From the NCBI RefSeq assembly GCF_009914755.1, contig NC_060944.1: DNA of 64,000 bases; one strand, given 5' to 3'. Origin of the DNA: the human T2T-CHM13v2.0 reference genome, Homo sapiens. Made by a program: the position numbers and the translations under genes. This document shows, piece after piece, positions 27,517 to 43,465 of the stretch (positions are counted from its first letter, which is position 1; every line of letters begins with the position of its first letter). The notes under the pieces are model-generated. The model saw only the letters and a list, made by a program, of their open reading frames with translations, searched no databases and was not told where the DNA came from.

Positions 27517-30500
27517 CTATAGATCAAGTTGGGAAGAACTGACATCTTGACAATATTGAGTTTTTCTGTCAAATAATATGAAATATCTCTTTAGTTCTTT
27601 TTAAATTTTTTTCATCAGAGTTTTGTAGTTTTCCTCATGTAACTCCTGTACATATTTTGTTAGATTTATATCTAAGTATTTCATTTTGGGGATGTTAGTA
27701 TGAACGGTAATGTGTTTTTAATGTAAAATTCCATCTGTTTATTGCTGGCATACAGGAAAGCAATTGACTTGCATGTTAACCTTGTCTCCTACAAATTTGC
27801 TATAATCACTTGTTAGTTCTAGGGGTTTTTTTGTTGAGCTTTTAGATTTTCTACGTAGATAATCATGTCATCTGCAAATAAAGATATTCTTATTTCTCTT
27901 TTCCCAACCTGTATACATTTTATTTACTTTTCTTGTTTTATTTCATTAGTCAGTGCTTCCAAGAGAATATTGAAAAGCAGTGGTAAGAGGGAATATTCTT
28001 GTCTCATTCCTAATTCTAGGTAAAGCTTCTAGTTTTTCACCATTGTCATGTAAATTGTAGATTTTTTGTACATATACTTTTTTTTCAACATTTATTTTAG
28101 TTTAGAATCCAGATATCTATATGTAGGTCCTGTAAAATTCTCATTGAATAATATGCAAAGTCTATAATATGAATACTGAAATTTTATTTATTTATTTATA
28201 TTTTATATTAACTTTTATTTTAAGTTGCAGGAACATCTGCGGGTTTGTTATATAGGTAAATTGTGTAAATTTACCTATCTAAAAATATATAGGTAAACCT
28301 TTATATAGGTAAATCTACATAATTTTATATAGGTAAATCTGTACATTATGGGGGTTTGATGGACAGATTATTTCATTGCCCAGGTAAAAAGCATACTACC
28401 CAATAGGTGGTTTTTTGAATCGCTCTCTTCTCTCACTCTCCACCCTCAAGTAGGCCCCAGTGTCTGTTGTTTCTTTCTTTGTGACCATGTGTGTTAAATG
28501 TTTAGTTTCCACTTATAAATGAGGACATGTGGCATTTGGTTTTCTGGTTCTACGTTAGTTCTCTTAGGATAATTGCCCCCAGCTTGATCCATGTTGCTGC
28601 AAAGGATATGATCTTGTTCCTTTCTATGGCTGCATAGTATTCCATGATATGTATGTACCATATTTTCTTTATCCAGTCCACCATTGACAGACATTTAGGT
28701 TAAGGTTTCATGTCTTTCTTATTGTGAATAGTGCTGCAATGAACACACATGTACATGTGTCTTTATGGTAGAACAATTTCTGTTACTTTGGGTAACAGAA
28801 TAATGGAATTGCTGGGTTGAATGGTAATTCTGTTTTGAGTTCTTTCAGAAATTGCCACACTACTGTGCACGGTGGCTCAACTAATTTGCATTCCTATCAG
28901 CAGTGTATAAGCATTCTCTTTTTTCTGCAGCTTTGCCAGCATCTGTTATTTTTTGATTTCTTAATGATAGCCATTCTGACTGGTGTGAGATGGTATCTCA
29001 TTGTGGTTTTGATTTGTGGTTCTCTAATGATCAGAGATGTTGAGCATTTTTTCATATGTTTGTTGGCCAGTGGGTGTCTTCTTTTAAAAGCATCTATTCA
29101 TGTCCTTTGCCTACTTTTTAATAGAGTTATTTGTTTTTTGCTTGTTAATTTGTTTAAATTCCTTATACATTCTGGATGTTAGACCCTTGTCAGATGCATA
29201 GTTTACAAATATTTTTTCTGTTTCTGTAGGTTGTCTGCTTACTCTGTTGATAGTTTCTTTTGCCATGCAAAAGCTCTTTATTTTAATTAGGTCCCATTTG
29301 TCAACTTTTGTTTTTGTTGCAATTGCTTTTGGCATCTTTGTCATGAAACCTTTGTCAGGGCCTATGTCCAAATGGTATTTCCTAGGTTATCTTCTGGGAT
29401 TTTTATAGTTTTAGGATTTAAGTCTTAATCCATAATCCATATTTAAGTCTTTAATCTTGAGCTGATTTTTGTATATGCTATAAGGAAGGAGTTCAGTTTC
29501 AATCTTCTGCATGTGGCTAGCCAGTTATCCCAGCATAATTTGTTGAATAGGGAGTCCTTTCCCCATTGCTTGTTTTTAACTTAACAAAAACAGATGGCTG
29601 TAGATAGGCAGCTTTATTTCTAGGTTTTCTATTCTGTTCCATTGGTCTATGTTTCTATTTTGGTTCCAGTACCATGCTGTTTTGGTTACTGTATCTTTGT
29701 AGTATACTTTTACATCAAGTAATGTGATGGCTCCAGCTTTGTTCTTTTTGCTTAAGATTGCCTCTATTTGGGCCCCTTTTTTGGTTTCATATAAATTATA
29801 AAATAGTTTTTTTCTGATTTCTGTGAAGAATATCATTGGTAGTTTGATAGGAATAGCATTGAGTTGGTAGCTTGCTTTGGGAAGTGTGGTTGTTTTAACA
29901 ACGTTGCTTCTTCCTATCCATGAGCATGGAATGTTTTTCCATTTGTTTGTGTTGTCTCTGATTTCTTTGAGGAGTATTTTGTAATTCTCACTGTAGAGAC
30001 CTTTCATCTCTCTGGTTAGCTGTATTCCTAGGTATTTTATTCTTTTTGTGGCTCTTATGAATGGGATTGCATTTTTTATTTGAATCTTTGCTTGCATGTT
30101 GTTGGTATATAGAAATGCTACTGATTTTTGTACTTTAAAACTTTGCTGAAGTTGATTATCAGATCTAGGAGGTTTTGGGCAGAGACTATGGGGTTTTCTA
30201 GGTATAGAGTCATATATTTTGCAAACAGGAACAGCTTGATTTCTTCTCTTCCTATTTGGATGCACTTTTGTTTCTTTCTCTTGCCTGATTGCTCTGACTA
30301 GGAGTTTCAGTACTATGTTGAATAGGGGAGGTATTCCTCCAGGGGAATGCTTCCAGCTTTTGCCTATTTGATATGATGTTGGCTATGGGTTTGTCTTAGA
30401 TGGTTCTTATTATTTTGAGGTATGTTCCTTCAATGCCCAGTTTGTTGAGGATTCTTAAGATGAAGGAATGTTGAATTTATCAAAAGCCTTTTTTAGCATC

Positions 30501-32148
30501 TATTGAGATAACCATGTGGTTTTTGTTTTTAGTTTTGCTTATGTAATGAATCATATATATTGATTTGTGGATGATGAACCAACCTTGCCATCCTAAGGGC
30601 AAAGCCTACTTGATCATGGTGAATTAGCTTTTTGATATGCTACTGGATTCAGTTTGCTAGTATTTTATTGAGAATTTTTGTACCTATGTTCATCAAGGAC
30701 ATTGATCTGATGTTTTCTTTTTCAGTTGTGTCTCTGCTAGGTTTTGGTATCAGGATAATGCTGGCCTAATAGAATGAGTTAGTGAGGAGTCTTTCCTCCA
30801 ACTTTTCGGAGTAATTTCAATATGAATGGTACAAGCTCTTCTTTATACACTTGGTAGAATTGTCTGTGAATTTGTCTGATCCTGGGCTTTTTCTGGTTGG
30901 TAGGCTTTATATTACTGATTCAATTTCAGAAGACATCATTGGTCCATTCAGGGATTCAGTTTCTTCTTGGTTCCATCTTGGGAGGTTGTATGTTTTTAAA
31001 AATTTATCCATTTCTTCTAGGTTTTCTACTTTGTGTGCATAGAGGTGTTTGTAGTCATCTCTGAGAGTTTTTTCTATTTCTGTGTGGTAGGTGGTAATGT
31101 CCCCTTTGTCATTTCTGGTTTTGTTTGTTTGAATCTTCTTTTTTTATTAGACTAGCTAGTGTCCTATAAATCTTATTTATTCTGTCAAAGAACCAACTCC
31201 TGGATTCTTTTCTGTGTTTTTTTGTATCTCGGTTTCCTTCAGTTCAATTCTGATTTTGGTTATTTCTTGTCATCTACTAGCTTTGGAGTTTGTTTGTTCT
31301 TTCTCTAGCTCCTCTGAGTGTGATATTAGGTTGTTAATTTGAGATCTTTCTAACTTTTTGATGTGGGCATTTAACACTATAACATTTCTTCTTAACATTA
31401 CTTCAGCTATGTCCCAGAGATTCTGGTATATTGTATCTTTGTTCCCATTAGTTTCAAAGAGTTTCTTAATTTCTGCCTCAATTTTATTTTATTGTTTACC
31501 CAGAAGTCATTCAGGAGCACATCGTTTAATTTCCATGTTGTTGTGTGATTTTGAGCAATTTTATTAGTATTGATTTCTATTTTTATTGTGTTGTGGTCCA
31601 AGAGTGTGTTTGGTATGATTTTAATTTTCTGAATTTGCTGAGCATTGTTTTATGGTTAATTTTGTGATTGATTTTAGAATATGTGCCATGTGAAGATTAG
31701 AAGAATGCATATTCTGTTCTTTTGGGGTGGAGAGTTCTGTAGATGTCTCTTAGGTCCATTGGTCAAGTGTCAAGTTCAGGTCCTGAATATCTTTGTTAGT
31801 TTTTTGCGTCAGTGATCTGTCTAATAATGTCAGTGGGGTGTGGAAGTCTCCTGCTATTATTGTGTGGTTATCTACGTCTCTCCATAAGTCTTTAAGAACT
31901 TGCTTTATGAATCTGGATGACCCTGTGTTGAGTGCATATATATTTAGGATATTAGGTATTCTAGTTGAACTGATGTTCGTTGTTTATTTTAATGTAGTGC
32001 CCTTCTTTGTCTTTTTTGATTGTTCTTGGTTTAAAGTCTGTTTTTTCTAAAATTCAAATAACAACCCCTCCTTTTTTCTGTTTTCCATTTGCTTAGTAAA
32101 TTTTTCTCCATCCCTTTACTTTGAGCCTATGGGTGTCATTGCATGTGA

Positions 32149-32540
<392 letters not shown>

Positions 32541-33261
32541 TAATTGGGACATTTAGCCTATTTACATTCAGGGTTAATACTGATATGTACAGATTTCATC
32601 CTGACATCATGTTGTTAGCTGGTTATTATGCAGACTTGATTGTATGGTTGCTTTATAGTGTCAATGGTCTATGTACTTAAATGTGTTTTGGGTGGTTGCT
32701 ATTGGTCTGTCTTTTCCATATTTAGCACTCCCTTCAGGACCTCTTGTAAGGTGGGTCTAGTGGTAACAAATTCCCTTAGCATTTTCTTGTCTGAAAAGAA
32801 TCTTACTTCTTCACTTATAAAGCTTAGTTTGGCTGGATATGGAATTTGGAATTTATTTTCCTTAAGAATGCTGACTATAGCCCTCAATCTCTTCTGGCTT
32901 GTGGGGTTTCTGATGAAAGGTCCACTGTTAGCCTGATGGGATTCTCTTTGTATGTGACCTGCCCCTTCTCTCTAGCTGCCTTTAACTGTTTTTCTTTTAT
33001 TCCAACCTCAGAGAATCTAATGATTGGTGTTTTGGGGATAGTTCTCTCGTACCGTATCTTGCAAGGATTCTCTCCATTTCCTGAATTTGAATGTTGGTGT
33101 TTCTAATGAGGTTGGGGAGATTTTCATGGAGGATATCTTTAAATATGTTTTTCAAGTTGCTTGCTGTCTCTTCCTCTCTTTCAGGTCTGACAATGAGTCA
33201 TACATTGGGTCACTTTACATAATCCCATATTTCTTGGAAGTTTTGTTTATTTTTCTTTCTT

Positions 33262-33602
<341 letters not shown>

Positions 33603-35439
33603 AAGTTTGCAGCATTCTTGCATGCCCTTGCACCACTTGTGGAACACAGGTGGGGATGGGGTTGCTATTGTCTGTGTTTGCACTCACACCAATGGCAATG
33701 GCAGCGGAGGGTTGAGCAGGATTGCTGGTGTCCATGTGTGCATTCCCACTGGCAGAAATGACTAGGATATCTCTTTACTTTAAAGCCACTGTGGAAACCC
33801 AAATATGCATCCTGTCCTACAAGTCAGAACACTGTTGTTTCAAGCATCATATAAACATTTCCTGGCATCTTCCCAGTACCTGCAGGTCACAGAGCCACAA
33901 TGACTGCTGCAGAGTCACCTAGGGTTTCCTAGGAAATGGAGCAATGGACATGGCATCCCAGCTCCTTGCACAAGAATCAATATTCTTTATCAAGGTCCGA
34001 TGTTCCCTTCTATTCCTAGTTTAATGAAGCCTTTTTAAAAATATCATGAATGCCTGTTGAATTTTGTCAAATGCTTTTTCTGTCTCTACTAATTAACCGT
34101 GTGACTTTTATTTAATGAATTAGAATAATTTACTTTTGAATGTTGAATCATTTGTGAATATTTTGAATGTTGAATCATTTGTGAATATTTGGGATAAATT
34201 CTACTCAGTTGTGGTGTATAATTTTGTAATACATCATTGGACTCTATTTGCTAATATTTGTTTAGGATTTTTACATCTATGTTTATAAGAAATAGTGGTG
34301 TGTAGTTTTCCTCTTTTTTTTTTTTTCTGGGTTTGATATTAGGATAATTCCTGCCTCATGGAATAAGTTAGGAGGTATTCCCTCTGCTTCTGTCTTCTGA
34401 AAGAGATTGTAGACAACTGGTATAATTTCTTCCTTAAGTGTTTTGTAGAATTCACTAGCAAACCCATGTGGACCTGGTGCTTTCTGTTTTGGAAGGTTAT
34501 TAATTATTGATTCATAACCTTTCTTAATAGATAAATTAACAATTTCTTAATAGATACAGGCCTATTCACATTATCTATTTCTTCTTGTGTGAATTTTGGC
34601 AGAGTATGTTTTTCAAGTCCATTTCATCTAAGTTGTTCATTACATCTAAGTTGATTTTCAATCCCTTTCATCTAAGTTGTCAAATTTGTGGGCATAGAGT
34701 TTTTCATAGTATTCTTTTGTTATCCTTTAAAGTCTGTGAGATCTGTAGTAATGTTCCTCTTTCATGTATGATATTAGTAATTTGTTCTTTTTTTTCTCTT
34801 GGTTAGCCTGGCAAAAGGCTTATCACTTTTGTTGAGCTCTTCAAAGAACCAGTTTTTGGTTTCACTGATTTTCTCTATTAACTTTCTATTTTTAATTTCA
34901 TTGATTTCTACTCTAATTTTTAGTGTCTCTTTTTTCCAGGTTATTTCAGATTTAATTTACTCTTTATTCTCTAGTTTTCTAAAGTAGAAGCTTAGGTAGC
35001 TGATTTTAGATCTTTCTTTTTTTCTAAAATATGCATTAAAGGCTAGAAAGTTCCCTAAAAGCAGTTTTGTCACTGCTTTTATGGCATCATAAAAAAATTG
35101 ATGTTTTAGTTTAATTTTTATTTACTTTAAAATACTTTTAAATATTTATTGAGATTTATTCATTGACGTAGACTTAACACTGAGTTAGGCTGGTGCTAGA
35201 GTCTGTGCTCTTAACTGCTATTCTATGGCATTTTTAGGCAAGTCAGGTCCAGTCCACCTGTAACCCTACACATTTCACATACATACAAACACACTAATAA
35301 ATATGAGAAGTAGAATCTGAACTGCAGAAACGTTGTGTATTTTATTTTTATTATCTGTATTTTTGCCTTATTTCCTCACTTGAATTCAACTTCTTTCACC
35401 TTGACACACTGGAGAGCCAGAGATAGAAAGACCCCTCAC

Positions 35440-35830
35440 ATATGCCAGCCATTGAGATCATTAGGATGATGAACAGGACACAATTTTTATGGAGAGTTGT
35501 GTGGTCAGGAGGAGAGTTGCAAGAACCAAGAATTATGTGCTAGGAAATGTGTGTTAAAGTAGAGATGTATACAGAGTGCTGTAGAAACATGGAGAAAGAT
35601 TACTTAACTCTGATCTGGGCAAGGGAGAGGGGGCAGGAATATCAGACAAATTTTACAGAGGGTGTTTTGAAGGAGGAATAGGAGTTTGACATGTGAGAAA
35701 GTAGGATACGGATGTCAGTACCCTATGCAAAGGCACTAAGACCTGGGCGAGGTTAGCATTCTGAGTCAGTGAAGAGGGTGCATTTGAAGCATGACGCCAG
35801 AGAGAAGAACAGGGTGGAAGGTCCAGATTT
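35440..35830 (-). mobile_element. L2 fragment
   Basis: Purine-rich antisense L2 motifs (ttttgaaggaggaataggagtttg, tgcaaaggcact). Confidence 0.55.
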
Positions 35831-36355
35831 CATGCAGAGTCAGCAAATAGGAGTACCTTAGGTCTTGATGTCATAAACCCAAGGATCAGACAATTTTCCA
35901 GTGTCAACAAAAGCCACCATAACTGATGGAAGTTAACAAGACAGGGTGCAGAGAGGTATGTAAAGGAACTGAGAAGACAAGACATTGGTACAAGCCAGTC
36001 TCCAGTTTCCTCTATTTTCCCTTGGCCCAAAGCACTGTCACTAGAAGATTTCATGTGATAATAATAAATTTTCTGTGAAATAGTAGAAGCATTATGGAGG
36101 AGAGCAGATTCTGTGCGAGGTATCCACCTAAGACATGCATAGCCACAGCACTTTGTTCCCTGAAACTAGAGTGAATAAATAGGATGCCTCCAGAAAACAA
36201 AAATCATCTTCAACAAGATGCCTTTTACCTATTTCTTGTCCCTTTTATATAATTTCTGGCATATGTGTCTATATATAGAAATTTCCTTTAATTAACTAAT
36301 TGCACAAACACACATTTGCCAATGTTTTCTTTAATAAACCTATCCTTTTCTGTGA

Positions 36356-36812
<457 letters not shown>

Positions 36813-37549
36813 CAGGAGTTTTTTAATTGAAATATTTGTGCACAAAAGCCCATGATGTCACCACTAGTGGTTAATTTATTTGTTTGTCTGACTCATAATG
36901 AATATGAGAGAATTGTTTTAGTAAAGATAAATTGCTTTTAATAAGGACTAAAATCCCTTTAGTTTAACACAAGCCACTTTATTAGCAGTGTTTCTGGGAA
37001 ATAAAAGCAAGAGTTGGTTCTTCCAGAAGTTTAATGCCAGATTTCACCACCTTCATGAGAAATCAGAAGGGTATTGTTAACATGCTGTTTCATTTGAAAC
37101 AGTTTTAACTTTTGGTGGTCAGCTCAATAAATGGAATTGATTGCTTTTAACCCGGGACAATGACATACTGTACCAGGATATGCCGCTGTGTAACTTTCAA
37201 TTCTACTTTTTGTATTGGCAGGACTTGGCAAAGAATTGCAGTGCATGTTTCCATTTCCTATCTTTGACTATATATTTGTTTTGTCACTTAATAGAGCTAC
37301 AGAGATAACTTGAGGAACAAACTGACTACCCAGGTCTCCAGGTCAATTTTCTGTTATTTTGCATGAAATGAGAAAGTCATTTTGACCCTCAGAAGACAAA
37401 TCAGTGCAGATTATAGATCTTCTCGTGATCCCCAAAGGAATACCCCAAATTCACACATTTAATGTAACATATCTTTATTGAACACCTACCATGTGCTGTA
37501 CACTATACTAAACTCCTTAGAGGGATATATATACATATATCTGAGATAC

Positions 37550-37750
37550 GGCATCATGGTAGAGAGAAAGGGGCTTGGGCTCTAGCATATCTAGCCCTCA
37601 CAGCTTCTTACTAAATAAAACTTAGCTTATCTGAGCCTCAGATTTCTGTTCAATGGAAATTATAATACCTACATGTACAGCTATTGTGGACACTAAATAA
37701 CATGAATAGCATTGCCACATTGCAGATGCTCAGTACCTGTTGGTTTCTCA
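37550..37750 (+). mobile_element. MIR
   Basis: tctgagcctcagatttc..ataatacctac..ttgtggacactaaat. Confidence 0.6.
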
Positions 37751-38223
37751 TTCTCTCTACATCACAAGTTTAGAGTCACATTGGAATGACCCACATCCAC
37801 ACTCCAACAAGAATTCAAAGGACTCTAGAGCAAGTGCCACACATATGGCATAATTAACTGTGGTGGTTTTAGGAATCGTTGGCTTGTGGGTCACTAGTAT
37901 GAAGATAGTTGCTGTTTCTTGGAGTTGAGGTTGCCAGGCAAGGCTTCATGAAGTTGGCAACACTTGAATTGGGCCTTAAGTGTTTCTGGATTCCAGATGT
38001 GTACAGAGAACATGAGATGAAAATCCTGGTTGGATAAAAAGTGTGAGCAGCATCTTGGGAGTAGGACTACACATGTCACTTTACAAGAGCTGAGAGTAGA
38101 CTAATTTGAGTCTACTAATTTGAGATAATTTAGGTGGGTAAATGGGAGCAGATATAATTTTAAGACACATGAAGTTGAGTGGACATTAAAAATATGTTTA
38201 GTTTGTGGACATTAAAATATAAT

Positions 38224-38444
38224 ATAGTTGGCCCTGTTGTGTCTGCAGGTTCTGCATGTGTGGATTCAACTAACTGCAGATGGAAAATACAGTATTTGAG
38301 GGATATGGGCTCTGCACATACTGAGGGCTGACTTTAAGTAGCCATTGGCTCCACAAGACCTACTGTGGGACTTCAGCCTCTGTGGATTTTGGTATCTGCA
38401 GGAGGTCCTGGAACCACTCTCCCATTGATATTGAGGGACAATTG
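38224..38444. mobile_element. Tigger-family MITE (MER2/MER8-like)
   Basis: Degenerate TIRs (tagttggccct / gagggacaattg), ggattttggtatctgcaggaggtcctggaacca motif, TA flanks. Confidence 0.8.
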
Positions 38445-39419
38445 TATTGTAATAAAAGTCACAAAAGATTTTTGAGTTGAGGCTAGTATTTTTAAGAAAT
38501 CTAGTCCAGTTTTACAATGCAGAGTGAATAAAAAAAGTAAATAACCAGAGTTTTAATAATCCAGACCAGCATGAATTAGGTTGATGGCAGGAGCAATGGG
38601 AGAAAGAGGTGTAGGACTTAAATAAAGAATTGATTGGCTTTGGTTATTGATTGTATATGGAAGTGAGAAAGAAAGAAGAAACTAGTATGAATCCAACTAT
38701 TCAAGGCTTGTTAACTGGGAAAATGAGGAAGGTTGAAATAATTTTTGAAGATAATGTGTTTGCTTTTAGATGTGTTCAATTTAAAGTAATTACAGGGCAT
38801 CCAAGTGGAAAGCTCTAAACACTAGTTGGCATGTGAGGGGAGAAACTTAAGACACGTCAGGAAATCAAGATGTGAGTTATACATCCTCATGGTGTTACTA
38901 AGCACCTAAAAGAAGATGAGTTTTCTAAGGCAGTATTTCTCAACTGTATCTTGTATTATTAAACACCCTTATTCAACAATAAGTACTTACTGAGACACTG
39001 ATGCGTGTGCCACATGCCAAGCTCCCATCTGTGTACCAGGGATATGGTGGGAAACACCAACAAAGTCCCTCCCATCATGGAGCAGTCAGCACATGATAGT
39101 TGATGTGCATGAAAATGTTCAGGTCCATTTGTTAGCTCTTACACCGTGTCTCTCAAGAGAGCCTGTCTACATGGATGTGAAGAACAGTGGCATTGCTATG
39201 AATATAGTTCTAAATGTATTCTAATTCATTAAGAAAGTAAATCATTCACAAATATTGAGAACATTGTAAATAATTTGCCTCGACAACCATTGTATGTCAA
39301 CACCTTAGATGAGAAGCTCTGCTTTAAGGAGAGGTTAGGAAGAGAGCAAAGGGGCTCAAAACTGAACCTTGGGGAATAGACATATGTAATGGACTGGAAA
39401 AGTAGCCAGTAAATAAATC

Positions 39420-39504
39420 AATGGATGGATGGATGGATGGATGGATGGATGGATGATGAATGGATGATGGATGGATGGGTGGATGAATGGCGGATGGATG
39501 GATG
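39420..39504. repeat. (TGGA)n microsatellite
   Basis: Direct reading. Confidence 0.95.
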
Positions 39505-39554
39505 AACAAACAAAACACAGGTAGACAGACAGGTAAATATATAGATTAAAAGAG

Positions 39555-39900
39555 AGCTAAAAATTAAAACAAACTCATGGAGATAGACAGTAGAACGATG
39601 GTTACCAGAGGCTGGAAAGGGGAATAGAGGGATGGGAGAGAAGTTAGAATGGGTACAAAATATAGAAAGAGTGAATAAAATCTAGTAGTATTTGATAGCA
39701 CAGCAGGGTGACTATAGTCAATAATAACTGTACATTTTAAAGTAACTGAAACAGTATAATTGGACTGCTTGTAACACAAATAATAAATGTTTGAGGTGAT
39801 AGATACCTCATTTATTCTGATATGATTATTACGCATTGCATGCCTGTATCAAAATATTACATATACCCCGTAAATAAATACACCTACTATGTAAAAAAGA
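39555..39900 (+). mobile_element. L1MA 3' terminal fragment
   Basis: gtagaacgatggttaccagaggctgg...cattgcatgcctgtatcaaaata..cacctactatgta. Confidence 0.85.
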
Positions 39901-41526
39901 AAGTGAGACAGAAGTAAAGATTAGAGAATTTAGAGGACTAGAAAGAGTCAATTGAGGCAGTGTCACAGAAGCTGAGGAAAGGAAAAATTAAGGAAGAGGA
40001 CACGTTTCACAGAATTTAATGATATAGATAGGTCTACAGAGTGAGAGTTGATAAGTAAGAAGGAAGCACACTGATAAAACTTTGAAAGAGCAGTTCAGCA
40101 AAATAGAGAAGAGTGAAGGTAATATTGATGGGGTTATGGAAAATAACACTCATAGGGAAAAGAAAGCACAAAATGATTCAAAGTCTTTATTGGCTTATTT
40201 ATAAGCAAATGACAGGTTGAATATCAGAAACAGAAATGAAGACATTGATGAAGATGGATAAGGTGTAGTTGGGAGCATACAGAATCCCAGAAGTTGAGGC
40301 ACATCCAGCAGAACCACCTCATAATAGGTTTGTCACAGGAAGTGGATCTTGGGGTCAAGCAGAGTAGGTCAGTTCCTAGTACTGAAGTTTGAAACAGATG
40401 TTCTGTCGGGGAGGAGAGCTATCAACCCCAGTATTACATGGGAGAGACTTGAGAAGTTTAAAAATCCAACCAAAGTTGTTTATGGAGTTGTTTTTTACAA
40501 TCATTTTAATAGCTGGGTGAAGGGTAAATTGTATGTAGCTAAAATTTTAGGCAGAGACACTGGTAAGATGCAAATCTAATGCAAATCTAGGCCAAAATGA
40601 TAATTTCGAGCTAGGATAATAGCTATATGGATGGAGAGGAATGATAAGATTCTTGGGCTTGATGGGGCCTTGTGACAGTGAGGAATGAGAGATTAGGTGA
40701 AGGGAAGTCTCTGTCAATAAATATTTATTGGGTACTTAAGCTACAGATTAGTCACACAGAAGGAGTGGATTTGTCTGTGTTGATTGGAAGCAAGATGAAT
40801 TACGTTTTGATGATGTTGAGTCAGAAGTGCTTTCAAAACAAACACTAAGTTAAAGATGCCCTTTCACAATTGTAAATAATTTGGAGCTCACATGAGAGAT
40901 AGGGGTTCAAATCTGGATTTGGAAGTCATTGGTTTATAAATTCAGTTTCTACCCAGAGAGAACACATTCTGTGAGAAGAGAGCCAGACTCAGGCCACATT
41001 TAAAGGGTAAGGAGGCATAGAAGAGACACATGAAGATGCAAAAAATGAGCCAGCAGAAAATAGTCGTCTCTTAGAGGCCAAGAGACAGGAAGTGTAGAGC
41101 AAAAGATACAGAAGTATTAGATAAGTTAGGAGCACACATTACCCTTGAAGTTAATCTTAGTAAGGACATTTTCATCCCAGTAGTGAGAATGGAAGCTAGG
41201 CTACAAAGAGATGAAGAACAAATGGAAGTGAATATTAAAAATGTTTGTATAGACTCCTTTATGAAAGAAAATCAGAAGTCTGCTAAGCAACAAATATAGA
41301 ATGAAAACAGTAGAAAGATTACATGACAGAGATGATAGAAGGGTAAGGAATGACATAAGGGAAATGCAAAAACATTTTGGAGGAAGTTAAATACAGGCTT
41401 GGAAATGCTAAGTCATCCACTGTTCTAACCTGCTGCCTTCAAGGACTGATGTAAAGTTGGCATAATAATGGCATTACATTTCAAGAACTTAGGATATTGT
41501 CTGACACATGGGAAACATTCAGTTTC

Positions 41527-41900
41527 TCTATTAGTCAAGATATGCAAACCACTGTAAACAAATTCCTAATTTTAGTAGCTGATCATGACAAGGTTTATGT
41601 CTACTTCAGGTCACATTCCAATGTAGATTGACATGGGAGCTCTGCTGCACACAATCCTTTGGGGTCTCAGGCGCTATGACCAGCTGTCAGACAAGGAAAG
41701 AAAGAAAATGTGGAAGAATATGTGGGAGGGTTCTTTGAGACTTGGAATGCTATCTGTGATTTCTGTCTTTGTTTCATTGGCCAAAAGTCAGTCACATGCC
41801 TCCTTCTAACAGCAGGGCAGGCTAGAAAATGCAGTCTAACTGTGAGCCCTGGAGGAAAAGAAACAAGTTTTGGTAAAAACAATGGCAGTCTTTGTAACAG
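41527..41900 (-). mobile_element. MaLR LTR (MLT1J-like)
   Basis: cattggccaaaagtcagtcacatg..ggctagaaaatgcagtcta..gtctttgtaaca. Confidence 0.7.
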
Positions 41901-42149
41901 CCTAGTACGATTTACTGTTATTACTATCTATAGCAGGGTCTTAGTCAAATTAATTCCCTGCAGAATGAAGATGAGAGAGAAGACAGATACACCTTGATGG
42001 ACGCTGGGGATGGGAAAGTTAGACTCATAAACAAATGGAAGCCTAGGAAGTGAGGAAGAAACACTGCCATCCTGAGAAGAACCACAAGCACTGGGAAGAG
42101 ATAGGGCAACATTAAAATCCTAAAGCTATACTTCTTGTCCAGACTTGCC

Positions 42150-43465
<1,316 letters not shown>

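Larger units (their letters stand above)
37460..41260 (-). mobile_element. Fragmented L2 copies with nested MIR, Tigger MITE, (TGGA)n and L1
   Basis: tttattgaacacctaccatgtg tails; ggactgaaccttgggga-like and cagtgtcacagaagc..aggaa antisense L2 motifs. Confidence 0.6.

Noticed and set aside
29576-30265. Longest ORF (229 aa, minus strand)
   Set aside because: Fragment of decayed L1 ORF2 (YLGIQLT, NIPCSWIGR) with frameshifted ends; not a gene.
34133-34190. 27 bp exact tandem duplication in L1M (similar duplications at ~34620 and ~43396)
   Set aside because: Ordinary slippage duplications inside dead repeats.
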